A DNA stretch of 64,000 bases, from the IMG/VR virus record IMGVR_UViG_3300037851_000500, positions 32,001 to 96,000 of that record. One strand, written 5' to 3'. The notes under the pieces are model-generated. The model saw only the letters and a program-made list of their open reading frames with translations. It was not told where the DNA came from and did not search any database. The DNA comes from a virus. Position numbers and translations under genes: made by a program. This document shows positions 28,681 through 38,915 of this stretch, one piece after another (within the stretch, counting starts at the first letter, position 1; each line of letters begins with the position of its first letter).

Positions 28681-31600
28681 TTAATAATTTCTCATAGCAT
28701 CTCTAATTCTACGATTACTACGAATCATTCTAACAATATTTCCTTCTAATACAGCAGTATTCTTCATCAAAAAGTCAACACCAGATTGAGTATCAATAGC
28801 ACTTAAATTAATAGGCATATGAACTGTAAACTTATTTCCGCTATCACTTGTTTTAATCATCTTAGATAATTTATCTACTGGGGACACTATTTCATTTTGA
28901 CCATAAGGAGTTTTTTCACCAAAAGTATATGCTTGTCCAGATTTTAATCCTCTACCAATAATTGGTTCTGAAATAGTTCCACCCTCTGCCATAGCAATAT
29001 AACGCTCAGAACCAGAAGCAGCAGCCATACCAGAACCACCGGAGGCCATACCAGAACCACCGGAGGCCATACCAGAACCACCGGAGGCCATTCCGCTTTC
29101 ACCGCCACTAAATAAACCACCAATCATATCAAAAATACTACCAAGCATACCTCCGCTTTTACCAGCAGCTTGAGCATATTGTCCAGACGCAAGTAATGTA
29201 GCAATTTCTCCCAATTTAGAAAGAAATGAAGAAGTACCAGCATTTACCGCTTCTTTAGTTGCATTTACTGCATCCGTAGTTTTCTGAGCCTGATCAACTG
29301 CCCCCTGAGTAGCTTCTTTTACTGCTTGTTGCACACCTTCTGGTTTACCAACTATAAAAACACCAATTGGTCTGGTGCCTTCTAAAACCTGCTTCATTAA
29401 AACTTGATTCTGTTGCTGCAATGCTTCCATAGCTTTATTCATAGATGTAGCGGCAGGAGTCCCACCTTTACCAAATGCTTTTTGTAAAAATGTGGGAGAT
29501 CCAGGCTCACCAGATCCAAGAAAATCCATTAAAGGTTCCGTTATAGTTTTCTTAATGGTTGCTCTAAGAACATCCCTTTGGACAGTATTCATTAAATCTG
29601 TAAGTGCTTCTTTAGCTGTTTTAGTTTGGTCAACAAAATCTGCCATAGCATCTGTCATGCTATCTGCCCATGATTTGGACATATCTATCATTTCAGCCCA
29701 AAGAGGATGCAACTCTCTCCAAACAAGTCTTTCAGTTTCCAGGCGCATTATTTCAAGCTGGTCTACATAATTCTTTTTCATTTGTTCAAAAAATGGTCTA
29801 GAATCATCTTTTATATTTTCTAATTGTGTTTCAATTTCTTTAATTTTAAGAATTATATCAACGGTGTCTTTATTAAATTGTGCCGTAGCAGAATTTAATC
29901 TAGCCTGTCTTTGAATTAATGGTGAATATGCCCCCTCCCAGTATTTCATTGTTCTTATAACCAAATCAGCTTGATCACTATAATTTTTTTGCATTAAATT
30001 TAGTGTAGTTAACTCCATGCGTGTTTTCCGCATAGCTGCTACCATTAAATTCCACTTTTCTGCTACTTTATTAGTATGATCATCCAATTCTTCAAATTGA
30101 GATAACATTTTATCAATATCATTATAAAGTTTTTGAGCGTCCAATTCAATTTCAGCAAATGGAGATTTAAACGCTGCCCCCATTATTTTTTCTTTTAAAT
30201 CTTTTTGTGCATCGGTATACTCTTTTTGTATTTTAATTACTCTATTATAAATACCCTCTGTATAAGCAATTTCAGCATCAGAATTATCATAAAAACCACC
30301 CCTCCTTTTACTATTTTCAATCTGTAATCTTTTGATAGTTTCTTCCGTTAGTAAAATCCATTTTTGCAGCTTTTGCCATTCATTAGTTGGTGCATCATAA
30401 GTGTTTATAAGAAAATCATTCCATTCTTTTTTCAATCGGGATATACGATTTTCTTCTCTTAAAGAGTAATCATTACTTTTTTTGTCCCGTTCCGCATTAT
30501 ATGCAAAAATTAAAGAATTAGTATGATCCAGAGCATCTTTAAATGTATTATATTGATGTTCATATCGTGCATATTGACTTTCATCGTATGCTGTTTCACC
30601 AGCTTTTACACTAGCAAAGTATTTTTCATACGCTGCCAACTGCTCTTGTAACTGTTTTTTCTTTAATTGCGCTTCTTCTGTTTGGAGTCTATGTTCTTCT
30701 GCAAATTTTGCATAACCTTCCAAAGAAGCTGTTTTTGCTTGTTGTAACTGTTTTTTAGTTGAAAGTGCATACTCCAACAAAGCAATGCTATCATGTGGCA
30801 ATTTAAACATCGGCCCAAGATCTACTTGTTTTCTACCAGCTTCAGAAAGTTTTTCAGTTATTCCGTTAATTATATCTTGAATAGATTTTAATCGTTCTTC
30901 AGCAGATTTACTACCATCCCTAAAATTTTGCATAGCTTTAGCTAATTTTTTATCCAACTTATCTGCTTCTTTATTAGTAGCAGAAATATCATCTGTAAAA
31001 CCATGCATAATATCTACTGCATTAGCTGCATTAGTATCATATTTATCAACCCAAGCAGACATAACATCTAAAGATGCGGCTACAAAAGCAGTTATATTTT
31101 CAATAGCTACAAAAACACGCATAATAGCATATGAAAGATTCAAAATACCTTTTAATGAGGTGCTCATATTCTCAAGTTGTAAATTACTACCACCAAATAA
31201 ATCAGAAAAACCACCAATTATATTACCAATATTAGATAATGTATTAAATAAAGATTCAGCAACAATACCAATAGTTGATATTGTGGCACCAAATCCAGCA
31301 GCAATTTCTTTACCAAAATTTGTTAATTCCCCCTTAACATTAATTAACTTATCAGTAAAATCCATTAATTTTTTAGAAAATATGTTTGTAAATTCCTCTG
31401 CACCCACCCGTTTAATAATTTTCCAAACTTCAGTTATTCTATTTTTAGCATGTAACCATGAACCTTCTAATTTTTTATTCATTTCATCAAATGGCATAAG
31501 AGCATCAGACAAAACCACCAGTAAGTCCTTACCTTCTTTTTTTGCGTCTTCTAATACTTTCTTTAAATTAACCCCCATAAATTTAAACATCATAGCCAAC

Positions 31601-34215
31601 TGATCAGAAGCCCGCTGTCTGCCCAAAATAACAGCATTTAATTCTTGTCGCATTTGAGTACCGGCATTAGCCATACCCTCAGTTACAGCCCTAACTGCTG
31701 TTCCAATAGCAGCTATTTTTCTAACATCCTCTTTAGTCTCAGGTACAATTCCTGCTTGAACAAAAGTTTTTGTCAGCATCGTAAGATCTTCAAGAGAAAG
31801 CACAGTTTCAGTAGCTACCAACTGCAATCTATCCATCAACCCACGACTATAATCATAAGCGTGTTGAAAATTATCCTTTACGTTCCCAAACATACGCATT
31901 GAAAGAACGGTAGCTAAAGACATAGCATCTTTTTGAAATTGCCCGATTTCATCCATTGTTTTTGTAAAAAATCCAGCAACCCTACCAATAATATTCTGCA
32001 AGATGTAATAAACAGCAGCATATTGCCATCTAAAATTACGAATCATATCCATTGATGATTTTAAAAATGATTTTGACATAGTATTATTTATTGCCTGCAT
32101 GGATCTAGATGCTTGGCTGTTTATTCTATTAAATTCAGAATGAGCATAACTAAATTGTTTTTTCATTTCTTCTAATTTAGCAATGTCCTTCCCAACTGCT
32201 TCTGAATTTATAAGCCCAGATTTTTGAATAGCTTTGAGTTTTACAATCTGAGCTTCAATATTTTTCATCTCAGTAATATATGCCTTTGCCCCCATTTTTA
32301 AATCACTATATAATTTTTCTGCTTGCTTAGTATACAAATCTTTAAATAAATGTGTATTACCTATTTTTTCTTGATATTTTTGTAACTGTATTAAATCGTT
32401 TTTAAGTTTTTCTATTCCTTTATTTAACCAATCTTCAGGATTCATGCTCTTTCTAATATCATCCACTACTTGTTGTGCCTGAGTCGCTAATTTAGAACGA
32501 TCTATTTTAATATCTTTAACAGTAATAGTATATGATTCCATTAATCCACGTAAACCTTTAGCCCTTTTTTCTAAAAATAAAGCTAATTTATTATAATCAG
32601 ATTTTATTCTTTCATTAGCTACTTCTTCAGCAAGAACTCTGGATATAGCTGCATTTCTTTCAATTTCTTCTATTTGTTTAGTTAATTGGACTCTTTTCTG
32701 AGCATAAGAAGTATGTAATGTTCCTAATTTATTAATAATTGAATTAATTAATAAAAAATTATTTTCAGAAACAGAACCCAAAGAAGCCATTTTATCTTTA
32801 GCTTCTTTAATACTATTAACAATATTTCTAAATGCAGAAGTATCGGGTTTCTCTACTATTTTAGAAATATTTAATTTAGAAAAATCCCTCTGCATTTCCT
32901 TAAAAGTTGTTTGATACTGCTTTATAGAATTTAAACTTTCTGCTATTTTTAAACGCATAGTATCTACAGCAGCAGTATCAATTCCAGGTTTACCTCTAAT
33001 AACCTTTAAAGTAGAATCCCAATTTTTAAGACTTGTGATTATTTCACCAATTTGATTTTGATAAGATCTCCCATGCTGAATTAATTTTTGATATGTTTCC
33101 GTATCCCCCCGCCTAATACTATTAATTTGTTCAGCAAAATTTTTAAAAGACCCCTGAAAAACATTTTCTAATTTACCACCAATTGGGGAAATAGCTTCTT
33201 TTAAAGATTTTTGAGTAGATTGTCCTAAAGATTTAGCATCTACTGATGCTTTATAAAGAATATCCTTTAAAACCATTGCCTGCTTTCCAGTAGCTTCAAA
33301 AGCAGTCATTACTCTAACTTGTTCATTTTTAATATTTTCTAAATATTTTTTAGCTACTTCAATATCCTCTTTACGAACACGCATAAGAGATTCTTCAGCA
33401 GTTTTTCTCAAACTTGCTAAATCATCCAATCGTGCCCTTTGTTCCTTTTGAGCAGAAACAACATTTTTATATTCGGCACCAGTAGATTTCAAAAAATCCG
33501 ATTGCCTTAAAATCTTTCCTGAATCTGAAGACAACCCCAAAGTATTTTTTAATTGGGTATATTGCTTAGAAACATCAGCAACAGTTCTTGTAACACTGGT
33601 AAGAACACTATTAGCTGTATTAGCTATAGTAGATGAAACTTTTGAATGGACTTTAGTTGCTTCTAAATAAAGTGGTTCAAATGCATTACTTTTAATTTCA
33701 CCAATAAGTCTGCTATAGTCATTTTTTGCTGTTTCTATTTGTTTTGTAGCTTTAGTATCTATTGCTGCAATTATTCCAGGTAATAAATTTTCAGATTTAG
33801 TCCCTGAATATTTAGATATTAACCCCTCTTTTTGAGAAGTAGTTTTAGATTGAATTTGAGAAATCTTACGGGAATAACTATCAAGTAATAAGGAACTTTT
33901 TCGTTCGATATTACTTAATGCTACATCCTGCATTTTAATAAAATCTTGATTTAACTTTTGCAGTTCCCCTAATTCACGGCGGGATGCTCCAATAAGAACA
34001 CGAATTTCCCCAACAGTATTTTTGGTCATATTGCCAAATTCTGATAGGAATTGCTTCTGAAAATTTCCATAAGAACTTGCAGCAGATTTGGAAATATCAG
34101 CTACTTGATCCTTAAATTGGTTCATCTTCCGAATAGTATTTCTTAATTCAGAATCCCAATTAGTTTTAAGATCAAGAACTATTTCTTCTACAATCTTATC
34201 GGAGTCATCTGCCAT
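28681..34215 (-). CDS. Tail tape measure protein
   Basis: 1844 aa, helical/coiled-coil, between the chaperones and Dit, with a C-terminal MAEGG..GE..EIVSP motif. Confidence 0.9.
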   Translation of the reverse strand: MADDSDKIVEEIVLDLKTNWDSELRNTIRKMNQFKDQVADISKSAASSYGNFQKQFLSEFGNMTKNTVGEIRVLIGASRRELGELQKLNQDFIKMQDVALSNIERKSSLLLDSYSRKISQIQSKTTSQKEGLISKYSGTKSENLLPGIIAAIDTKATKQIETAKNDYSRLIGEIKSNAFEPLYLEATKVHSKVSSTIANTANSVLTSVTRTVADVSKQYTQLKNTLGLSSDSGKILRQSDFLKSTGAEYKNVVSAQKEQRARLDDLASLRKTAEESLMRVRKEDIEVAKKYLENIKNEQVRVMTAFEATGKQAMVLKDILYKASVDAKSLGQSTQKSLKEAISPIGGKLENVFQGSFKNFAEQINSIRRGDTETYQKLIQHGRSYQNQIGEIITSLKNWDSTLKVIRGKPGIDTAAVDTMRLKIAESLNSIKQYQTTFKEMQRDFSKLNISKIVEKPDTSAFRNIVNSIKEAKDKMASLGSVSENNFLLINSIINKLGTLHTSYAQKRVQLTKQIEEIERNAAISRVLAEEVANERIKSDYNKLALFLEKRAKGLRGLMESYTITVKDIKIDRSKLATQAQQVVDDIRKSMNPEDWLNKGIEKLKNDLIQLQKYQEKIGNTHLFKDLYTKQAEKLYSDLKMGAKAYITEMKNIEAQIVKLKAIQKSGLINSEAVGKDIAKLEEMKKQFSYAHSEFNRINSQASRSMQAINNTMSKSFLKSSMDMIRNFRWQYAAVYYILQNIIGRVAGFFTKTMDEIGQFQKDAMSLATVLSMRMFGNVKDNFQHAYDYSRGLMDRLQLVATETVLSLEDLTMLTKTFVQAGIVPETKEDVRKIAAIGTAVRAVTEGMANAGTQMRQELNAVILGRQRASDQLAMMFKFMGVNLKKVLEDAKKEGKDLLVVLSDALMPFDEMNKKLEGSWLHAKNRITEVWKIIKRVGAEEFTNIFSKKLMDFTDKLINVKGELTNFGKEIAAGFGATISTIGIVAESLFNTLSNIGNIIGGFSDLFGGSNLQLENMSTSLKGILNLSYAIMRVFVAIENITAFVAASLDVMSAWVDKYDTNAANAVDIMHGFTDDISATNKEADKLDKKLAKAMQNFRDGSKSAEERLKSIQDIINGITEKLSEAGRKQVDLGPMFKLPHDSIALLEYALSTKKQLQQAKTASLEGYAKFAEEHRLQTEEAQLKKKQLQEQLAAYEKYFASVKAGETAYDESQYARYEHQYNTFKDALDHTNSLIFAYNAERDKKSNDYSLREENRISRLKKEWNDFLINTYDAPTNEWQKLQKWILLTEETIKRLQIENSKRRGGFYDNSDAEIAYTEGIYNRVIKIQKEYTDAQKDLKEKIMGAAFKSPFAEIELDAQKLYNDIDKMLSQFEELDDHTNKVAEKWNLMVAAMRKTRMELTTLNLMQKNYSDQADLVIRTMKYWEGAYSPLIQRQARLNSATAQFNKDTVDIILKIKEIETQLENIKDDSRPFFEQMKKNYVDQLEIMRLETERLVWRELHPLWAEMIDMSKSWADSMTDAMADFVDQTKTAKEALTDLMNTVQRDVLRATIKKTITEPLMDFLGSGEPGSPTFLQKAFGKGGTPAATSMNKAMEALQQQNQVLMKQVLEGTRPIGVFIVGKPEGVQQAVKEATQGAVDQAQKTTDAVNATKEAVNAGTSSFLSKLGEIATLLASGQYAQAAGKSGGMLGSIFDMIGGLFSGGESGMASGGSGMASGGSGMASGGSGMAAASGSERYIAMAEGGTISEPIIGRGLKSGQAYTFGEKTPYGQNEIVSPVDKLSKMIKTSDSGNKFTVHMPINLSAIDTQSGVDFLMKNTAVLEGNIVRMIRSNRRIRDAMRNY
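29024..29091. repeat. 21-bp tandem repeat x3 encoding GGSGMAS in the TMP C-terminus
   Basis: GCCATACCAGAACCACCGGAG repeated three times exactly. Confidence 0.9.
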
Positions 34216-34219
34216 TATA

Positions 34220-34492
34220 TTACCTCATCCACTTCTTTTTGGCACGATCAATAGAACTTTTATCAGATTTCCAAGATATATTAGACTTGTCCCTTTTTAC
34301 TAATTCTTTTATAGACATTTCTATTTGTGTTATTGCCTTTTTAGGATCTGAAAATGACATAGACGTATCATGTATATAAACAATTCTATTTTCAAAAGTT
34401 ACTAAATCTATGGCTTTTCTTAATGCCATATACTGCTTTACAGGCATTTGAAGCAATTCCTTTAAAGAAATTGCTCCTTTTAAAGCTATCAT
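34220..34492 (-). CDS. Tail assembly chaperone, frameshifted extension (gpT-like)
   Basis: Its frame stays open upstream through the slippery site, in the -1 frame of 34510-34926. Confidence 0.75.
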   Translation of the reverse strand: MIALKGAISLKELLQMPVKQYMALRKAIDLVTFENRIVYIHDTSMSFSDPKKAITQIEMSIKELVKRDKSNISWKSDKSSIDRAKKKWMR

Positions 34493-34509
34493 AATTTGAA
34501 CATATTCTT

Positions 34510-34926
34510 TTACTTCTCTTTGGTAGGGTTTGACTTGCGCTTCTCCCCATCAACATCACTAATAGTTGACATCATCTCTTGAATAAGAGAAACAACCTTA
34601 TTACAAAGTTTCCAAGGCCACGCTTCAATATCATTAATTTCTAAATTAGTATAAACCCCTTGAGAAATTTTACGAACACCAGCAACTATAAACTGCTGTT
34701 GTGCCCTAAACATTTCTTTCATTTCACTGGATCTAATTATATCTTCTTTATTTTCTTCTTTAATATCTTTACCAACATCTTTAGACGCTGCCACCAATAA
34801 ATCACTAATTTCCATCAAAGCGGTCATTTCAGATTTAGTAAAAGATGGAATTTCATAAGTCTCACCTTTATAAGCAAACTGAATTCCCTTACCAAGATCT
34901 GTAAAATCCATAACATTTGCACTCAT
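34510..34926 (-). CDS. Tail assembly chaperone (gpG-like)
   Basis: Between tail tube and TMP, with GGAGG RBS and a slippery site near its end. Confidence 0.8.
   Translation of the reverse strand: MSANVMDFTDLGKGIQFAYKGETYEIPSFTKSEMTALMEISDLLVAASKDVGKDIKEENKEDIIRSSEMKEMFRAQQQFIVAGVRKISQGVYTNLEINDIEAWPWKLCNKVVSLIQEMMSTISDVDGEKRKSNPTKEK
34525..34531 (-). promoter_or_regulatory. Programmed -1 frameshift heptamer A AAC CCT
   Basis: In-frame X XXY YYZ. The -1 frame reads AAA CCC TAC CAA...ATG into 34220-34492 with no stop. Confidence 0.75.
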
Positions 34927-34980
34927 TTTGAACCTCCGTTGTTAGTTTGTTTTTATAAAATAACATTTAAAACAAAATTA

Positions 34981-35035
34981 AGGGGCTATTATTTTAGAAA
35001 TACCTTTATTTTAGTAAATCCAAATAATAGCCCCT
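34981..35035 (-). terminator. Stem-loop, probable terminator after the tail tube/HNH genes
   Basis: AGGGGCTATTATTT / AAATAATAGCCCCT 14-bp stem, followed on the minus strand by TAATTTTGTTTT. Confidence 0.6.
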
Positions 35036-35062
35036 CACCCAAGTTTAAAGTAAAATTTCATT

Positions 35063-35740
35063 TTAATCTTTACAAATTTGAAATTTCCATCCTTTATGAT
35101 GGTTTGCTTTACCATCTAAACACTCATACACATGATTTGGGTTTAATCCATATTTTTTAGAAAATTCATTTACATTTTTTGTAGTAAATTCTTCCCCTTT
35201 TGGAGAAACAGCAATAAATGAGCGTATAGCCCTTGAATTTTTCATTTGATCCTCAAATCTAACAAAAGTACAATTTTCAAAATTATAATTTCCATTAACA
35301 TCAATTCTTTCAATACTTGGACTTTTAATTTTCAATTGTTTTTTAGAATAAAGATATTTAAAATACATATCCTTTTTAAATTCTTCAAAATCTTTCCACC
35401 TGGGGTCATACACTATTCCTCTACCACCATAATTTTTATAACATTTATTATTTATATTATCACATCGTGCTTTTAAACTCTGCCACATTTTATAAAACTT
35501 CATTGTACCTTTAGAATAATTAGTATTCCAAAAACCATGTTTTACATTTTTTGTACGTTTTCTACTTTCTGCATTTAAACATCCACAACTTTTTGTATGC
35601 TCTGATTTTAAATGTTGTGTTATTACAATTGATTTATTACCGCATTCACATCTACATAACCACCTTTTATTTCCCATATAAGCTGTAACAATTAATCTTC
35701 CGAATCTTTTACCATATAAATCCTCAAATTTACCCTGCAT
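35063..35740 (-). CDS. HNH homing endonuclease with N-terminal CxCxCG domain
   Basis: WLCRCECGN..TKSCGC, NYGGRGI, SIERIDVNGNY, HHKGWKF. Start set at MQGKF after GGAGG. Paralogue of 26850-27377. Confidence 0.9.
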   Translation of the reverse strand: MQGKFEDLYGKRFGRLIVTAYMGNKRWLCRCECGNKSIVITQHLKSEHTKSCGCLNAESRKRTKNVKHGFWNTNYSKGTMKFYKMWQSLKARCDNINNKCYKNYGGRGIVYDPRWKDFEEFKKDMYFKYLYSKKQLKIKSPSIERIDVNGNYNFENCTFVRFEDQMKNSRAIRSFIAVSPKGEEFTTKNVNEFSKKYGLNPNHVYECLDGKANHHKGWKFQICKD

Positions 35741-35748
35741 AAAACCTC

Positions 35749-35832
35749 CGTTCATTAATTAGTTTGTATTAAGAGTAGGTAAGATTTCTCCTACCTACTC
35801 TATAATATAGCACAAACTAAAATGAACGTCAA
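35749..35832 (-). promoter_or_regulatory. sigma70 promoter embedded in a long hairpin upstream of the HNH gene
   Basis: TTGACG-17 nt-TATATT at 35832-35804. Nested stems CGTTCATT/AATGAACG, TTAGTTTGT/ACAAACTAA and AGAGTAGGTA/TACCTACTCT. Confidence 0.75.
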
Positions 35833-35838
35833 CCAACA

Positions 35839-36351
35839 TTACGGACTGGAATATCCACCTATGCGAAACAACTGATCGCCTGATACTCTAGAATCATCAA
35901 TAAGAGCAACAAACTTACAAGCATACACCCGCTGATTATCAGTGGTAAAAGAAATCTCAACTGCACCACCAACATTAGGAGCAGCATTATAAAACTGCCA
36001 CACCTCAGAACCATCAGTAGGCTCAAGAACAAGTTCTGCCGTCTGAATAGGTGTCCCAACCGGCTTACCAAAAGTTAAATAGGTTGTTTCATCAACTGCT
36101 GAAGCAAACAAAATTTTAAGATTAGCAAAAGTTGCTTCAGTCATATTAACTGTGACTTCAACAACAAGACCGGCATCAAGAACCCTAACAGCCGTATCTC
36201 CATACTGATCTGATTTCAATTGATAAGTATTTTGAGTAATAGAAACTTGAACACCACCAAAAGTATGCCCAACATGGACACCATTAAAATAAACATAACA
36301 AGGCCCGATACTAATATTATCGGAACTAAAAGAAGTAGGATATACAGTCAT
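35839..36351 (-). CDS. Major tail (tube) protein
   Basis: ISIGP..VGHTFGGVQVSI..DQYG tube-protein pattern and gene position. Confidence 0.85.
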   Translation of the reverse strand: MTVYPTSFSSDNISIGPCYVYFNGVHVGHTFGGVQVSITQNTYQLKSDQYGDTAVRVLDAGLVVEVTVNMTEATFANLKILFASAVDETTYLTFGKPVGTPIQTAELVLEPTDGSEVWQFYNAAPNVGGAVEISFTTDNQRVYACKFVALIDDSRVSGDQLFRIGGYSSP

Positions 36352-36362
36352 AATCAGTCCTC

Positions 36363-36629
36363 CTAAATTGTAGTAATTGTCCTACAAAATCTGCAAGTAA
36401 TGTGTACTTTTTCTTGTTGGCGATAACGTCTATCATGGTATCCAATAACTTGACCACAAATATCTCCAGGATTTTTCCACAATGGACGACCACATCTATT
36501 ACAATATCCTTCCCTTATTACTTCTTTATTATTAATTAAGTTTTCACAAAACTCGCAAGTTTTAATTTTACCCTGGCAAACCACGCGAACCATTGAATAG
36601 TTAAATTTCTTCTTTTCATCAGTTTCCAT
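36363..36629 (-). CDS. Small zinc-ribbon protein
   Basis: CEFC, CNRC and CRFC motifs; start taken at METDEKK. Confidence 0.55.
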   Translation of the reverse strand: METDEKKKFNYSMVRVVCQGKIKTCEFCENLINNKEVIREGYCNRCGRPLWKNPGDICGQVIGYHDRRYRQQEKVHITCRFCRTITTI

Positions 36630-36642
36630 TAGCACCAACTTT

Positions 36643-37140
36643 CTACGCAATTAATATAGCATCTAAAGAAGAAATTTGCTGTCTAACCCCAAGACGAATA
36701 AATACATTTGATAAGCGGAAAGAAAAATTTCTTGTATGAATGGGCTGAGTAGGCGCACCCTCATTCAAACCGTCATTAACTGATAACAAATTAATTGTTT
36801 TAACAGAAACATCATTAGTTTCAATAGATTCTTGATCCAAAAAATTCTGACCAATTAAGATTTCGGTTGCTGTGCCGAGTTTAAATTGGTCTATAGAAAT
36901 TAATCTAAAAAACAATTGCATATCAGGAATTTGAAATGGATATGACCATCTTCCAGGTCTTCCAGTAACAGAAGTTCTATAAATAACTGCCACATCAATA
37001 GAACCAGGAGTAAATACAATATCCCCGGCAGGGGACCAAGCATATATGCGCGGGTCAGCAATTGTTCCACCAGAAACAGATAACCAACTGCTGTTTGCCT
37101 TAAATAAATCAACTATAGCTTTTTCCAGAGATAAAAACAT
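36643..37140 (-). CDS. Tail terminator protein with C-terminal SSLDAILIA extension
   Basis: LEKAIVDLF..PRIY pattern and position just before the tube gene. Confidence 0.7.
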   Translation of the reverse strand: MFLSLEKAIVDLFKANSSWLSVSGGTIADPRIYAWSPAGDIVFTPGSIDVAVIYRTSVTGRPGRWSYPFQIPDMQLFFRLISIDQFKLGTATEILIGQNFLDQESIETNDVSVKTINLLSVNDGLNEGAPTQPIHTRNFSFRLSNVFIRLGVRQQISSLDAILIA

Positions 37141-37854
37141 TTATCTTCTCGCTATAAAAATATTAAAAGTAAATGCCTTTCTTACTCCCTCAGACCTTGT
37201 TCTTCTTTTTATTGCTCTATGTAACCTTTCTTTTATAAAATCTTTAATAGCCGGTTGAATCTCTTTTAAATGCTGACTAATCCAAGGTCTTGCTGCCATA
37301 TTCTCAGTACCTTCTTCAAGCCACTGAGAATATCTACCAACAGATGTTGCTTTACCAATTTCATCATTTACAAATATTTTATTTCCCTTAAAAAATACTG
37401 TTTTTAATTCTCTACGATCTACACTCCAACCACCTGTTTTCAAATTTACTTGTCCTAATTTTAAAACACCAGCTTTGGTAATTTGAAACCCAATAGACTC
37501 CATTAAAGCCCCTGTCATTTCAGCAGGGTAAGACGATGGGGCAGATGCAGTATGTTCCCCCACCACCTTGTATCTTCCACCCCCAGGAGTATAAGGTTCC
37601 ACATTTGGATCAAATTCGACTATAATATATGTTTTACCGGACGGTCTTTCACCAGATACTTCTTCTTTTAATATTTCAACTACAAATTGACCAATTTCAT
37701 TTAATATTTCTAAATGAATATCTTCTATTACCGCTAAAATTGGATCTAATGACCGTTTAACAATATGGGCCATTAATTTATCAGTTTTAACAATCTGCTT
37801 TATCTGAACTCTCAATGATTTTACAACTTCTAAAAAATCAGATTCTTCAGGCAT
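37141..37854 (-). CDS. HK97 gp10-like tail completion protein
   Basis: HTASAP..PAEMTGALMESI and YSQWLEEGTENMAARPWI. Confidence 0.8.
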   Translation of the reverse strand: MPEESDFLEVVKSLRVQIKQIVKTDKLMAHIVKRSLDPILAVIEDIHLEILNEIGQFVVEILKEEVSGERPSGKTYIIVEFDPNVEPYTPGGGRYKVVGEHTASAPSSYPAEMTGALMESIGFQITKAGVLKLGQVNLKTGGWSVDRRELKTVFFKGNKIFVNDEIGKATSVGRYSQWLEEGTENMAARPWISQHLKEIQPAIKDFIKERLHRAIKRRTRSEGVRKAFTFNIFIARR

Positions 37855-37855
37855 T

Positions 37856-38203
37856 TTATGTTTCCTGAATAGCTAAGTATAATTCTTTATGATGCAGCCC
37901 CTTTGAATCATAAACATCCAATGATGGAGTTACATATAAATAAGTAGAAGTATTTTTTAATTTAATTCTATCCCCATGAACAATATCCTCATTCTTTAAA
38001 AAAAATCCCAAAAATTCATTTCTTGCTGTTTGACCAGTTGGAGTTTGTGATAACGTAGAAGTAAAATTCCCAACTTTATCCAAACGACAAGGAACTTCAG
38101 TAGCTATTTCACTCCAAGATTGGAGCATATGCCCCTGACTATTCAAAGAATTAATTTTTCGTTCAATAGAACATCTTTGAACTAATAAGCCTATATAAGA
38201 CAT
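37856..38203 (-). CDS. Head closure/stopper protein
   Basis: CSIER..W..VPCR..DI..GDRI..HHKEL pattern and position. Confidence 0.75.
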   Translation of the reverse strand: MSYIGLLVQRCSIERKINSLNSQGHMLQSWSEIATEVPCRLDKVGNFTSTLSQTPTGQTARNEFLGFFLKNEDIVHGDRIKLKNTSTYLYVTPSLDVYDSKGLHHKELYLAIQET

Positions 38204-38913
38204 TATCCTATAGACTCCTTACGAAATCTTCCAAGGTTAGCAAAAATATTAGGAGCAAAACCTTTTAATGTATTAATTACTGTTGCAGAATAATTCTCAT
38301 ATTGATAACCACCAATAGTTTCACTTTGTAATAAAGGATTTTGTGGTGAATTAATTATCGTTTTAATAGACTCAAACAATAAATATTGAAGTTCAAACAT
38401 TTCTGGGGAATCAGCCTCATAGCCCCCGTTCCATTTAACTTTAATAGTTTTGTAATACCCAAAATCAAAACCTTGATCATAAATTAATAAGCCCTTATTT
38501 TTATATAAAATATACCCATCTGTAGCCAAATAATCTGTAGACTCAGTAACAGCAACATCTCTTATTAAAAATGAAGTTATAGAATTAACAGGGTAAGTTG
38601 GAAACCAAAAATTGTTAAATTTAGGTGGGTCAAAGATACAATATCCCAAATTATATTCGTAAACTATATTATCCTCATTTGGGTCAAGCTCATCAATCGG
38701 ATCTTCATCTGCAATATCATAGGAATACCACTGTGCTTTTAATCGTCTATTACAAAATTTATCAAAAACAGTAGAAGCAGAGTTAATAGTTCTGGATATA
38801 AAATCATCTCTTACTCCACCATCAGAAGTAAAATTAGGATCTACTTGCTGTTGGTACATCTGATAAAATGTATCTAAATCCATTAAAGCATTATTAGTAA
38901 GAGAAACGGGCAT
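38203..38913 (-). CDS. Head-tail adaptor protein
   Basis: INSAS..FCNR, YPVNSI, IKVKWNGGY, SETIGGYQY. Confidence 0.8.
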   Translation of the reverse strand: MPVSLTNNALMDLDTFYQMYQQQVDPNFTSDGGVRDDFISRTINSASTVFDKFCNRRLKAQWYSYDIADEDPIDELDPNEDNIVYEYNLGYCIFDPPKFNNFWFPTYPVNSITSFLIRDVAVTESTDYLATDGYILYKNKGLLIYDQGFDFGYYKTIKVKWNGGYEADSPEMFELQYLLFESIKTIINSPQNPLLQSETIGGYQYENYSATVINTLKGFAPNIFANLGRFRKESIG

Positions 38914-38915
38914 TT

